Source: a virus
Taxonomy: Duplodnaviria > Caudoviricetes
Direction: 5' to 3' (one strand)
IMG/VR virus record: IMGVR_UViG_3300043432_000485
Span: 96,001 to 160,000 of that record
Length of the DNA: 64,000 nucleotides
This document shows positions 1 through 9,115 of this stretch, one piece after another. The notes under the pieces are model-generated. The model worked only from the letters and a program-made list of their open reading frames with translations, had not been told where the DNA came from and ran no database searches. A program made the position numbers and the translations under genes. Every line of letters begins with the position of its first letter. Within the stretch, counting starts at the first letter, position 1.

Positions 1-482
1 CCGACGATCTTGTCCACGGTGTCGGGGGAACCGTCCTCGCGATAGATGATACGGTTGTCCAGGCCGGTGCACTCCAAGTCTAGGGAGCACGACCCACGCT
101 TGATGCACTCGTCCACGATCTCGTTCACCTCAGCCACTGAAGTAACCAGGCGGAACTCGTGATGCACCATCCACGGCTTGGAGATGTCCGGGACTTGACG
201 GTCCCGCTTCATGCCGGAATTTTCCAAAAAGTCGAGGGGGTCGTCGCCGTCATCCTCAACGATGGCTTTCACCATTGCAACAGGAGCCACTGGGCTCATG
301 GCTTCCTCGAAAGCCTCCACGGGGTCTTCGTTGATGTCTGTGCCGTCAGGATAGGAATCAGGTTCTGGGGTTGGTTCGGCCGCCACCACAGCAGCTGGCA
401 TGGCGGCAGGAGCAGCCGGCTCATCTTTGCCGAACATGTCTAGAAACGCGTCAAGATCTTCTTCTTCGTTCTGTTGGCTCAT
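1..482 (-). CDS. DNA polymerase (family A-like), N-terminal part with 3'-5' exonuclease domain; runs off the window edge
   Basis: Not in the ORF track; translated by hand from ATG at 482 (ATGA overlap with the upstream stop). MSQQNEEEDLDAFLDMFG, an acidic Pro/Ala linker, then WMVHHEFRLVTSVAEVNEIVDECIKRGSCSLDLECTGLDNR, which matches the ExoI DxE motif (afDtEttgld) of PolA-type proofreading domains. The frame stays open to position 3. The polymerase domain itself is not in the window. Confidence 0.7.
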   Translation of the reverse strand, partial: MSQQNEEEDLDAFLDMFGKDEPAAPAAMPAAVVAAEPTPEPDSYPDGTDINEDPVEAFEEAMSPVAPVAMVKAIVEDDGDDPLDFLENSGMKRDRQVPDISKPWMVHHEFRLVTSVAEVNEIVDECIKRGSCSLDLECTGLDNRIIYREDGSPDTVDKIV

Positions 483-889
483 GGTTCCCTTACGACAACT
501 ACGTACACCTCGGAGCGCCAGAGTTTGACGATCTCCGCAGCCATTTGTCCGGGCTCGAACCCAGTGGGTTCGAAGCACCAAGGCATCTTCTTGGAGAAGG
601 GGCTGCAGTCCTTTCTGTCAAACATCGAGCACGTTTTTTCGTGGGCGCAATGGCGTGCTGCTTGAGGCATTAGCAGCAGCTTCCCCTTTGGGGGCGGTCC
701 CAACTGGTCAACCAATGGCTTGGTCCAACCGCTTAGGGCGTGGTCCATAACCTCTTTAGTGACTGAGGGGATGTCCATCACCCCTTGCAGTCCACGCCAC
801 TCTTCCTCCCATTCTCCCGCCACTTCGTAGATCAGATAGAGCTGAATCGTGCCCATCTCCCGACTAGGGATTTGCAGTCGTCTTGGCAC
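479..889 (-). CDS. Hypothetical Cys-containing protein in the replication operon
   Basis: 136 aa, overlaps both neighbours, GAGGAG upstream of GTG. Cys/His cluster CAHEKTC..C..WC may bind metal. Confidence 0.7.
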   Translation of the reverse strand: MPRRLQIPSREMGTIQLYLIYEVAGEWEEEWRGLQGVMDIPSVTKEVMDHALSGWTKPLVDQLGPPPKGKLLLMPQAARHCAHEKTCSMFDRKDCSPFSKKMPWCFEPTGFEPGQMAAEIVKLWRSEVYVVVVREP

Positions 890-1529
890 GTGCCCTCCTC
901 ATCAATCCATCCGGAGAGATCTTCTCAGACATCTTGCTCAGCACCATGGTCAATCGTTCCTTGGCCACCGGAAGAGGCAGCGCTCCTCGGGCAAGCTTGT
1001 ACCTCGTCTGATCCAGGATGGCCCCAAACTTCAGGTGAGCCTGCAGTTCAAACTTGTCCCTATACTCGCGGAGCCTGCTCTCACACAGATTGAGCATGGA
1101 ATCAACCTCATCCTTCAACGGGTCGTACGGATCCTCCATGTCCGGAATCATGCTTGGCTCAGGTGGAGTGAGCCCGAAAGAGCGCTCAATCTGAAACAGG
1201 ATGTCGGAGAACTTGGTGGTGCCAGTGAACTTCTTCCAAAGCCCTATGACATCCCAGCGTTCCCTGCAGACGTAGCACCATACATGGGAAGGGCTGTTCC
1301 CGTCTTCAGGGTAGTACTTGGCGCTCGGCTTCTTGTCTGTGCCATGGAATGGGCAAGAGATCTGCTCCTGCTGATTCCCGCTCTTACGCAGCGTGACTCC
1401 ATTTTTGGCTAGGATGTCCCCTGCAGTCAGCTGACTGTTGATGTGCTGTTTGCGGGCGTCCATCCAGGCCCTGAACCCGGAAGACCGCGCATCTGCATTC
1501 CCGATCTCTTTTGCGTAGTCACGAGCCAT
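864..1529 (-). CDS. Primase-type CHC2 zinc-finger protein with no TOPRIM domain
   Basis: QISCPFHGTDKKPSAKYY...WCYVC is the CPFH..D..PS...CxxC zinc-binding domain of DnaG. The remaining ~100 aa look helical and show no TOPRIM EG/DxD motifs. Confidence 0.8.
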   Translation of the reverse strand: MARDYAKEIGNADARSSGFRAWMDARKQHINSQLTAGDILAKNGVTLRKSGNQQEQISCPFHGTDKKPSAKYYPEDGNSPSHVWCYVCRERWDVIGLWKKFTGTTKFSDILFQIERSFGLTPPEPSMIPDMEDPYDPLKDEVDSMLNLCESRLREYRDKFELQAHLKFGAILDQTRYKLARGALPLPVAKERLTMVLSKMSEKISPDGLMRRARAKTTANP

Positions 1530-1531
1530 TT

Positions 1532-3016
1532 TCAGAGCTGGAGAGCATCCATGTTATCCATGTTGTTTAGGAACTGATCGCAAGCATCCACGCTGAAGCC
1601 CTGTGGCTCGGATCGCTTGCCCGAGGCAATCCGACGTGGAGCCCAGTGCACATGGGCTTCGAACGGTTCGAATGCAGCGTTGTCACGGTTCTTCAGGTTC
1701 GAGAACTTGAGACGCCCCGAGTCCTTCAGCTCCTTGTTGAAGTAGGCAGCAGTGATCACATCCGCATCCTTCTCCGCGGAGTTAGCCCAGGACAGAGCGT
1801 TCATCTGGTAGATGCCGTCATTCTTGTCAGCTTCCTCTTTGCCGCTACGATTCGTCTGGAACAGCATCAGCACCGGCACCATCGCTCCCTTGTTGAAGTG
1901 GAGGGCCAGTTGCTTTGATGCGGTGATGATCGAGTTCATCTTGACCACGTGACTAGTGTCCTTGGACTCGGGGGTAACTAGCAAGCCGTAGTCGATGATC
2001 ACCATCCCCACCTCGAACTCCCTATTGAGAAGCTCCAGATTGGTCTTGATGTCTGACATCGTCCAACCCCTGTCCGGTATCACCAACTCATAGGTGCCGT
2101 ACGTGGGGTTGTTCTTGAAGTCCGGGCATACCACTTGAGTGTAGAATTTCTTCTGCTCGGGAGTCAGCTTGCCATCACGGATGTCACGATAGTCGAGGGG
2201 CTGGTATCCCTGAGCAAAGAACTTGGCATTAGCCGTGTGCAGGGCGTAGGCATTACGACGCATGATCGGCCGTGTCATTTCCAAGCTGATGAACACGATG
2301 TTGGTCTTGAACCTGGTGACCGCATTGTACGCCCAGTTGTTCGCGAACATCGTCTTACCGTGACTCGGAAAGGCGGCGTGAATCCACAACTCCCCCTTCT
2401 TGATGCCCTTGCACGCATCATCGATCTCGTTGATGCCACAGAGCACGCCGTACGAGCTACCCGGATCCGCTTCAGTCTTTTCGTACTCAGCCACCATCAG
2501 ATCTGCATCCTGTCGAATGTCTCCGTTCACCTGATCCCCTTGTTCCGGGATGAGGATCTCCTGTGACTTGCGATGAAAGTGCAGCACTGCCGCTTCAGCG
2601 CCTTTGACCACTTCCCCCGTCTTCTCGTCTTTGATCCCCTTGGTCAAGATCTCGTTGAACTCCTTCATAGCGACCCGGAGCTTCAAGCTGGCTTGCTCCT
2701 CCTGGATCGTCTTGAGGAGGTGCACGAAGTTCGTGCGTGCATACGGGCGCTCAGCCGAAATGTCATTGAGTCTCTCGATTGCCTCGATGCCATTGATGCT
2801 CTGGAAGTAGTCCTGCACCGACTGGGCCGATGGCATGTCGAAGTGCTGAGAGAAGAACCCTAACGCGAAGTTGTACAAGCTCTCATCATCGGGCCGTCCC
2901 CACTCCAAACGTCCAGCATCCACAGACCGGCGGAGCAGCTGAAAGTTACGAATGAGGTTCTCCGGGGACACCTCCTGATCGAACTCGATGATGGACCGCA
3001 AAAGACGCTTAATCAT
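1532..3016 (-). CDS. dnaB: Replicative DNA helicase, DnaB/SF4 family
   Basis: GIKKGELWIHAAFPSHGKT (Walker A), FISLEM (H1a), MVIIDYGLL (Walker B), QTNR, EKDAD and KNRD motifs appear in DnaB order. Confidence 0.9.
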   Translation of the reverse strand: MIKRLLRSIIEFDQEVSPENLIRNFQLLRRSVDAGRLEWGRPDDESLYNFALGFFSQHFDMPSAQSVQDYFQSINGIEAIERLNDISAERPYARTNFVHLLKTIQEEQASLKLRVAMKEFNEILTKGIKDEKTGEVVKGAEAAVLHFHRKSQEILIPEQGDQVNGDIRQDADLMVAEYEKTEADPGSSYGVLCGINEIDDACKGIKKGELWIHAAFPSHGKTMFANNWAYNAVTRFKTNIVFISLEMTRPIMRRNAYALHTANAKFFAQGYQPLDYRDIRDGKLTPEQKKFYTQVVCPDFKNNPTYGTYELVIPDRGWTMSDIKTNLELLNREFEVGMVIIDYGLLVTPESKDTSHVVKMNSIITASKQLALHFNKGAMVPVLMLFQTNRSGKEEADKNDGIYQMNALSWANSAEKDADVITAAYFNKELKDSGRLKFSNLKNRDNAAFEPFEAHVHWAPRRIASGKRSEPQGFSVDACDQFLNNMDNMDALQL

Positions 3017-3018
3017 GC

Positions 3019-3903
3019 TCAGTCCTCATCCATGCTGGGCAGAGAGGTTCTGGTTGGAGCCCGGCCTCCCCACGCCCTCTTGTTGTACGACTTGCGGGGC
3101 TTGGACGTTGGGAACCGGGGCTTCACTTCGGTAACGGTGGTAGTCAGCTTTTCCGGACCATCGTCCATGGACACTGCCCCCTCCTCGAAGATCCTAGCCA
3201 CCTCTTGAGTCTCCTTCTGGTTCTGAGCCACTTCTTCAGCGTCCGTACCCAGATCGATGACTTCAAACTCGGAGTCAATGTAGTTTCCAAGGTCGTAGCT
3301 ATACGCCTGATGGCCGTCTCCGAAAGTGGTACCACTTTCAGCAATCCAGACCGGCTTACTGAAGGCTTCCCGCACCATCAACGCTTGTTGCAGCACCCCT
3401 GCCATCGCCTTGTTCTTAGTAGTGAGCATACCTAGCCGGATGATCAACAGGGTGGGGTGAGAGACCAGGTCATCAAGACTGTTGTTCGTCTCAACCTCGT
3501 CGCGCTGACTCGCCGACCTCGCTTTGTAGGACTCCTTGCCGAGCCACACATCCAGCAGCCGAGCATCACCGACGATCTTGTATGTGAACCCTGGATTGGC
3601 CATTCTTTTACCGGTCAGCACCCAACGAAGATGCCGACACAGCACGGACCAACTGCCTTTGATGAAGAGATTCTCGGTGGTACGGTCACCGATCTCCTCC
3701 CCGTGTTCGTTGAAAGAGGGCATATACAGGTCACTCTTGATGTGCCGAGAGAAAAAGATCTCCGCACCCAGGTAGTCCTGATGACGCTTACGCTCCAAGC
3801 AAGAGCATGGGATAGGGACTACCCGATCTCCCTCCAGCTTGTACGACCATTGTGCGCCATGGCACTTCTGGCACCCGGATTTACTTGGCTTCTGTTCGGT
3901 CAC
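3019..3903 (-). CDS. DnaC/IstB-like helicase loader with degenerate ATPase motifs
   Basis: N-terminal CQKCHG...PCSC zinc motif as in DnaI/phage DnaC-like loaders. NLFIKG marks the Walker A position, LLIIRLG the Walker B position, and REAFSKPVWI matches R...KPTII. It lies directly upstream of dnaB. Confidence 0.65.
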   Translation of the reverse strand: MTEQKPSKSGCQKCHGAQWSYKLEGDRVVPIPCSCLERKRHQDYLGAEIFFSRHIKSDLYMPSFNEHGEEIGDRTTENLFIKGSWSVLCRHLRWVLTGKRMANPGFTYKIVGDARLLDVWLGKESYKARSASQRDEVETNNSLDDLVSHPTLLIIRLGMLTTKNKAMAGVLQQALMVREAFSKPVWIAESGTTFGDGHQAYSYDLGNYIDSEFEVIDLGTDAEEVAQNQKETQEVARIFEEGAVSMDDGPEKLTTTVTEVKPRFPTSKPRKSYNKRAWGGRAPTRTSLPSMDED

Positions 3904-5672
3904 AACTTCTTCTGTACACCAGTGGTTCGAAGGCTACGTTGCAGTTCTTGCGTGAAGCTGGACTCGCCTTTGAAATCCAGAGCGCCTACCGCGGCTTCCC
4001 CTAAGACCTTGTCAATCAAGTCCTTCTTCTTTTGGAGAATGGCCAGCGTGTAGTGGTCTATCGTCTTCCGTTCCTTCCCTACCCGCGGGCGTTCGGCAAC
4101 AAGATGCACAGCAACAACCTTCTCATGCGGAGACCCGATGCGGATGGGGCGTCCAAGCAACTGAATGTAGTTGCCCCATGACCAAGGGGCGTTGTAGAAG
4201 ATCATTGCCGACGCCGCTTGGAGGTTGATTGCCTCACTCCCTGCATCACTGATGAAGATCACCTTGACCTTGGACTTGAGGTCCTGGAACTTCTGCTGGG
4301 CTTTCAGCCGGGCGGGGTTCTTCTTGGTATCGACTACACCCCCGGTGACCGCCACGCTCTCGATGCCTTGCTTCTTGCACAGCTCCTGCAGTCTCGGGAT
4401 CAAGCTGGCAAAGCGGCAGTACACGATCACTTTTTCATCATCGAACTCTTCCGCAAGCAGATCCAAAAGGGCTTGCTCTTTGGACCCCGTGGCGGTGACC
4501 TCTGCGGCCTCGCTGAACACGTCCAGGTCGATCAAGTCTCCCTCTCCATAGCGGAGCAAGGAAAGGGAGTCCACAGTCTTCTGACAGTAGATGAGGGCTA
4601 CCAAAGCCTTGTGCTCTTCGTACTCCTTGAGTTCCCCGTCCCCCAGCGCAATCACGCCAGATAGGGCCTCTGAGTACTTGGCATCCTCGGCCGCTGACAT
4701 GGTGACCTGCACTTCTCGGGTCGTGAGCTTGGGCAGCTCGTCCGAAATGATATGCTTGGCCCGTCCCAAGAAGAATGGATCGATGCGCGCACGGAAAGCT
4801 TCCAGGTTCTTGTACCCCACCACGATCGGAATCTTGCGTCCACCAGATACACTCTGGAGCTTCGTGACGCAGTAGTCTCGTAGGAATGCGGACTTGGTTG
4901 TGAAGACCTGAGGGTAAATCACCTTGTAGATCGAGAAGCCCTCAATCAGGTTGTTCTTGAGCAGCGTTGCGGTGAGTCCGTAGCAACGATTCGCCCGAGC
5001 GGATAGGTCCCCACAGACCTGCCAGGTTTTCGTGCGATCCGATTTGAACGCCGTGGCCTCATCAAACACTACGGTCAGGTCAGGAATCTTGGACGTGATC
5101 CTATCCAGCAATCCCGGAGTGATGATCCCCTTGGGGTCAGGCTGCCCATTTGGCAGCAAGGGGATGATCTGCCCCGCGTTCCAGTCCCTTACCAGCGGGG
5201 CGTAACCGATCATCATCACCGCTTTGGTCGGTCCCTTGTGAAGAGCAAACTCAAGATAGGTTTGCTTTCTCTCCATAGGGGTGCCGTCCACGATGTAGAC
5301 GGTGATCCCCGTAGAGAACTTGTCGATCTCAGCCGCCCATTGACGCAGGGCAGACTTGGGGCACACCACGATAGCCTTGTTGTTGGGCTCCTTCTCCCAC
5401 GTGTAGCAGAGAGCCGCGATGACCATCAAGGTCTTGCCAACCCCCGTCGCATCCCCAAGGACCATCCGCTTCATTGCCAGCAGGTGGTAAATTGCTTGCA
5501 CCTGGTAGTAGCGTAATCGGAACGGCTGGGAGGTCCCGTCCAGCCCCACGAACTCTGAGCGCAGCATCGAGGTAGGCTTGAGAGCAACAGTTTTGCTCTC
5601 CCGCACCTTCTTCAGAGTCTCGTAGACTCTGGCATGCTTATCGACCACATCTTCTTTAGGAGCAGCTGCCAT
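3900..5672 (-). CDS. SNF2-family (SF2) helicase/ATPase
   Basis: LRYYQ, LGDATGVGKT, VVCPKS, VFDEA, LTATLLKN, EAINLQAAS, APWSWGNYIQLLGRPIRIG. Confidence 0.92.
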   Translation of the reverse strand: MAAAPKEDVVDKHARVYETLKKVRESKTVALKPTSMLRSEFVGLDGTSQPFRLRYYQVQAIYHLLAMKRMVLGDATGVGKTLMVIAALCYTWEKEPNNKAIVVCPKSALRQWAAEIDKFSTGITVYIVDGTPMERKQTYLEFALHKGPTKAVMMIGYAPLVRDWNAGQIIPLLPNGQPDPKGIITPGLLDRITSKIPDLTVVFDEATAFKSDRTKTWQVCGDLSARANRCYGLTATLLKNNLIEGFSIYKVIYPQVFTTKSAFLRDYCVTKLQSVSGGRKIPIVVGYKNLEAFRARIDPFFLGRAKHIISDELPKLTTREVQVTMSAAEDAKYSEALSGVIALGDGELKEYEEHKALVALIYCQKTVDSLSLLRYGEGDLIDLDVFSEAAEVTATGSKEQALLDLLAEEFDDEKVIVYCRFASLIPRLQELCKKQGIESVAVTGGVVDTKKNPARLKAQQKFQDLKSKVKVIFISDAGSEAINLQAASAMIFYNAPWSWGNYIQLLGRPIRIGSPHEKVVAVHLVAERPRVGKERKTIDHYTLAILQKKKDLIDKVLGEAAVGALDFKGESSFTQELQRSLRTTGVQKKL

Positions 5673-5689
5673 CGATGACAGCTACACCA

Positions 5690-6889
5690 TCACTTGAGGG
5701 TAGCTGCTGTTTCCTTCAACGTCTGGACCACTGAGTCAGGCAAGCTCTTGGCGTTATCTGCGAACCAGTTGACCAAGAGGAGTCCCTTGCCTCCGCGGAG
5801 ACGGTTCAGGTTCTTCTTTCCACCCTGGTGCCAGTAGGTGCCGAACACCAGCTCTGGGGCCTTCTTGCCGCCAACCTTGTAGCCAAGGAATGCTTGCGTG
5901 TCCTTCTCATCCAAGTCGTGATCTTTTCCGTTCACAACCACGGTCACCTTGAAGAAGTCACCATGGTACTTGCCACCCCAGAAATTGCTGCTGGAGTGAG
6001 GCTCCTCATAGTACCCCGGAGCCGATTGGTAGCCGATCATGCCGCGGAGCTTTAGCTCGATCACATTCTTTCGGTTGGCAACCGACGGGGCGCTACCTTC
6101 TACCTGGCCGCTCTCCACCAACCAGTGCTTGATGGACGTGGAGTTCCCAGGAGGAAGCTTCTCTCCGAACTTCCAGTCCTTGGCGTCCCGCACCTTGTTG
6201 TTGAACTTACCCTCGAACTCAAGCTCGCCGTGATAGAACTTGAGGGCCTTGGTCACCTGTGCGGTCAGCCATGCGGGGTTCTGACTCTCTTTGGCAGGGT
6301 CTTTGATCACGTAACGGAAGAGCTGGATGCCCCAGATGTCTTTGTTGGGGACTGCTGACCCCATTGAGAATTCGCGCTTGTAGTAGACGGCAACCACGAA
6401 TAGATGCAGGTCAACCTTTCGGCCGTAGGCCACGAATGCCGATTTGTTGGACGAGGATTCATCCCCGTAGAAGTTCATCGGGCTGCGTTGCCACTCGGTT
6501 ACGAACTGCCACTCGACGTCGCTCGGGACCTTGGCTTCAGCCTTGGCCTTGTCGAACGAGATGACGACCGGTTCAGGAGCTTTCTGTTGGCCACCGCCAT
6601 ACCAATGCTCATCATCCTGAGGACCCGGCCTGGATGGAGAGCCGGGAGCCGGACCCGTTTCCAGAGGCTTGGCGGGGGCATTCTTCAGGAAATCGAACGC
6701 CCGGTTCACGTCCTGCATCTTCTGGATGGATCCACCCCTATCCGGATGTGCTTCGAGCGCCTTAGTTCTCTGAGCAGCTTTTAGCTCATTGAGGGACGGG
6801 TTGGCATTGGGAGGGAACCCCAATGCCTTGAGGGCGTCCTCTCTGGTAAGGTCCAAAATCCGCGCTTCTCTGAAATCGTAGCTTGCCAT
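5690..6889 (-). CDS. J-domain (DnaJ-like, class C) protein with an unrecognised C-terminal domain
   Basis: ALKALGF...ELKAAQRTKALEAHPDRGGSIQKMQDVNRAFDFLK is a J-domain with intact HPD. A Pro/Gly linker and ~290 aa of unassigned sequence follow. Confidence 0.85.
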   Translation of the reverse strand: MASYDFREARILDLTREDALKALGFPPNANPSLNELKAAQRTKALEAHPDRGGSIQKMQDVNRAFDFLKNAPAKPLETGPAPGSPSRPGPQDDEHWYGGGQQKAPEPVVISFDKAKAEAKVPSDVEWQFVTEWQRSPMNFYGDESSSNKSAFVAYGRKVDLHLFVVAVYYKREFSMGSAVPNKDIWGIQLFRYVIKDPAKESQNPAWLTAQVTKALKFYHGELEFEGKFNNKVRDAKDWKFGEKLPPGNSTSIKHWLVESGQVEGSAPSVANRKNVIELKLRGMIGYQSAPGYYEEPHSSSNFWGGKYHGDFFKVTVVVNGKDHDLDEKDTQAFLGYKVGGKKAPELVFGTYWHQGGKKNLNRLRGGKGLLLVNWFADNAKSLPDSVVQTLKETAATLK

Positions 6890-6893
6890 TACC

Positions 6894-7328
6894 CTAGATC
6901 TCGAAGTAGTGAGTTAACCGCTGCCCTGATTCAGGCCACTGACGTTCAAACACAGTGGTGTTGGATGCTGTGACCCCAAGGGACTCCCCGATAATGGCTA
7001 TCGCCAATTGAGCATTGAATGCCTTGCAGCTGAAAGCATCCAAGCTGAACTTCCCCTGAAGGGGCCACGTGTGGATGGAGATGTGACTGGTGCTGATCAC
7101 CTGAAGCATGGACGTCCCGCCCTCATCCTCAAACGTCCCGGTCCGCTTGACGCGCTCCAATACAGAGGGGTCAACTGGCACTTCATAGAACATCGCCTTG
7201 TCGAGAGGCGTCATCTCAAGGGCTAAAATCAGCTTTGAGAACATGATTTCCAGACGTTCGCGTTCGAACACCTGGGGGTCAAGTACTAAGCCATCCATCA
7301 GGACATGCAGTCCAGCCGAGCGAGTCAT
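6894..7328 (-). CDS. Divergent pyruvoyl-dependent S-adenosylmethionine decarboxylase-like protein
   Basis: GLHVLMDG...GGTSMLQVISTSHISIHTWP...SLDAFSCK. The SH.SIHTWP self-cleavage motif and the catalytic Cys are kept. There is Thr before the pyruvoyl Ser and a ~20 aa insertion. Confidence 0.85.
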   Translation of the reverse strand: MTRSAGLHVLMDGLVLDPQVFERERLEIMFSKLILALEMTPLDKAMFYEVPVDPSVLERVKRTGTFEDEGGTSMLQVISTSHISIHTWPLQGKFSLDAFSCKAFNAQLAIAIIGESLGVTASNTTVFERQWPESGQRLTHYFEI

Positions 7329-7359
7329 TCAAGCTCCAAAGCAAGAGGGTCCTACAGGA

Positions 7360-7959
7360 TCACCACAAAGAGAAACCTACCCCGATATAGGGGCTGGAGC
7401 GCCACGTTCCCCAAGTCAGACCGTAGCCGATGTACAGCGTAACGTTCTTGGTCAGATCAAAGCCTACCCCTAGACCTACCGATCTGACGCCTACAAACGC
7501 ATTGAGGTTAGCCCACCGGTAGTAGAAACCCTCTACCAGAAGCCCGCCGTCCAAGGCGTCATAAGACTTCACCCCGGAACGAAACAGTTCGGCGCCCATA
7601 ACCCCAAAGGTAGCTTTTAGCCGCAGCCGGAAGCCCCACGTTGGCTCTACCCGCTCCGCCACAGAAAGGGTGAGGTTGGTCTTGGCGTCCAACTTGTAGT
7701 TGCACCAGTCCATGTGGACTGTATACGGGAGGTCCCCGGTGCCTGAGCCATATACTCGGCCCATCCGGTCTGTGACAATGGTAACACCGTCCGCCGTTAC
7801 GACAGGTTGCGTCTCAGCACGACACTTATGCTCCCGCGCGAGCTGCAAGAACGTCTGCAAGTCGCCCTTTGAAACGCATGTTCCTTGCGGACACACGTCT
7901 TGGGCAACGGCCATGATCGGCAAAAAAAGGAGGAAACATACAGTGAAGAACCGAGTCAT
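7360..7959 (-). CDS. Exported protein with C-terminal amphipathic beta-strands (outer-membrane beta-barrel-like)
   Basis: Sec-type signal peptide (MTRFFTVCFLLFLPIMAVAQ), four Cys in the N-terminal part, about six alternating hydrophobic strands, and a terminal aromatic beta-signal-like YIGVGFSLW. Confidence 0.65.
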   Translation of the reverse strand: MTRFFTVCFLLFLPIMAVAQDVCPQGTCVSKGDLQTFLQLAREHKCRAETQPVVTADGVTIVTDRMGRVYGSGTGDLPYTVHMDWCNYKLDAKTNLTLSVAERVEPTWGFRLRLKATFGVMGAELFRSGVKSYDALDGGLLVEGFYYRWANLNAFVGVRSVGLGVGFDLTKNVTLYIGYGLTWGTWRSSPYIGVGFSLW

Positions 7960-8585
7960 TGTGTCCCCGTTCTACGCTTGGCGGCGGCTTTGCAAGAAGC
8001 ACTGATCTTAGCCTTCTGCTCGTCACTATGCTTGTACCCCATGTGAGCTTTAGATAGTGCCTCAACTTGCTCTGGCGTGCGTACCTTGCCCTTATTGGCA
8101 ACGGAAATCTTCCTCCTAGTCTCTAATGACTTGGGTCTGCCTACATTCGAAGCGATCAGCTTGGCCAGGTGATCAGGGGATGTCGTCACGTTCTTCTTGG
8201 CAGCAGACATACTAGCCCTGTGATTGTCGGACTTTTTACGTCCCATCAGAGCCCGAGAGATCTTCTGCCGAGTCTCAGGAGTCAAAGTCTTGCCACCGTG
8301 CCCACCGGCATCCAGGTTGTATCCAAATGACTGCTGATTTGAATGCAATCTAGAGATCCAATGCTTCTCTGCAACTAAGGCGTCGTCCTCGGATGAGAAC
8401 TCAGCGACCACTTCGAATGTGAAGTTGCCCACCCCGTGCTTCTTGAGTGCAGATGCTATCACTGACCTAGGATGCTCAGATTTGGAGTTGAACACGTGAT
8501 TTCTCCACCTCTTCTTGGGGTTGTTAGCCTTTCCAACATAGGACTTCTGGTTCAGAAGATTGGTGATCACGTAAACGCTCGACAT
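7956..8585 (-). mobile_element. Free-standing GIY-YIG homing endonuclease with NUMOD3 repeats
   Basis: VYVITN...SYVGKA, R..H, EKHWI..L, GYNL, followed by about six NUMOD3-like units (LTPETRQKIS ... HSDEQKAKIS). Confidence 0.9.
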
Positions 8586-8587
8586 AA

Positions 8588-9115
8588 CTACGAGTATTTC
8601 TTGAGCAGGTCGTCCACGTGCTGGGCGCTGATGCCGGAAGAATCCTTGACCGTCACCGCAAACTTACCAGGCTGGACCACCACCACGTGCTCCACGTCAT
8701 TGGCTTTTACGCCTACCGGAAGAGCCACCTCTACCGGCTTACTGGCGCCCGGAGGAGTGAACTTCACGGTATCCGGATTGCTGAATATGCCGGGAGATTG
8801 GATCGCCACCACAGCGGCTTGAGTCATGCCTTTGGAATCAGCCTGCCCGACAGGGATCAGCTGACCTTTGGTGTCCACTCGGCCCGCCGGGATAGAGTTG
8901 GCGGTATCGATCGCCGTGTGGTCAGGGGCCTTCTTGCCAAGCAGCAAGCCAATCAAGCCCCCGACCTGGACGTTCTTCATACCCAAAGCAGCCGCGATCA
9001 CCGCACCAGCCACCAGGAGGATCACGCCTACCGGCCCGAGCAGCACATGGGCTACCTTCTTGGCTCCGGCTAGAAACTTGTCCCAGAATCCTGGTTGAGG
9101 TGCGGTGTCAGTCAT
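8588..9115 (-). CDS. Membrane-anchored protein with one N-terminal TM segment
   Basis: Hydrophobic LLGPVGVILLVAGAVIAAALGM preceded by KK, followed by a soluble beta-rich domain. 4-nt overlap with the holin-like gene. Confidence 0.7.
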   Translation of the reverse strand: MTDTAPQPGFWDKFLAGAKKVAHVLLGPVGVILLVAGAVIAAALGMKNVQVGGLIGLLLGKKAPDHTAIDTANSIPAGRVDTKGQLIPVGQADSKGMTQAAVVAIQSPGIFSNPDTVKFTPPGASKPVEVALPVGVKANDVEHVVVVQPGKFAVTVKDSSGISAQHVDDLLKKYS

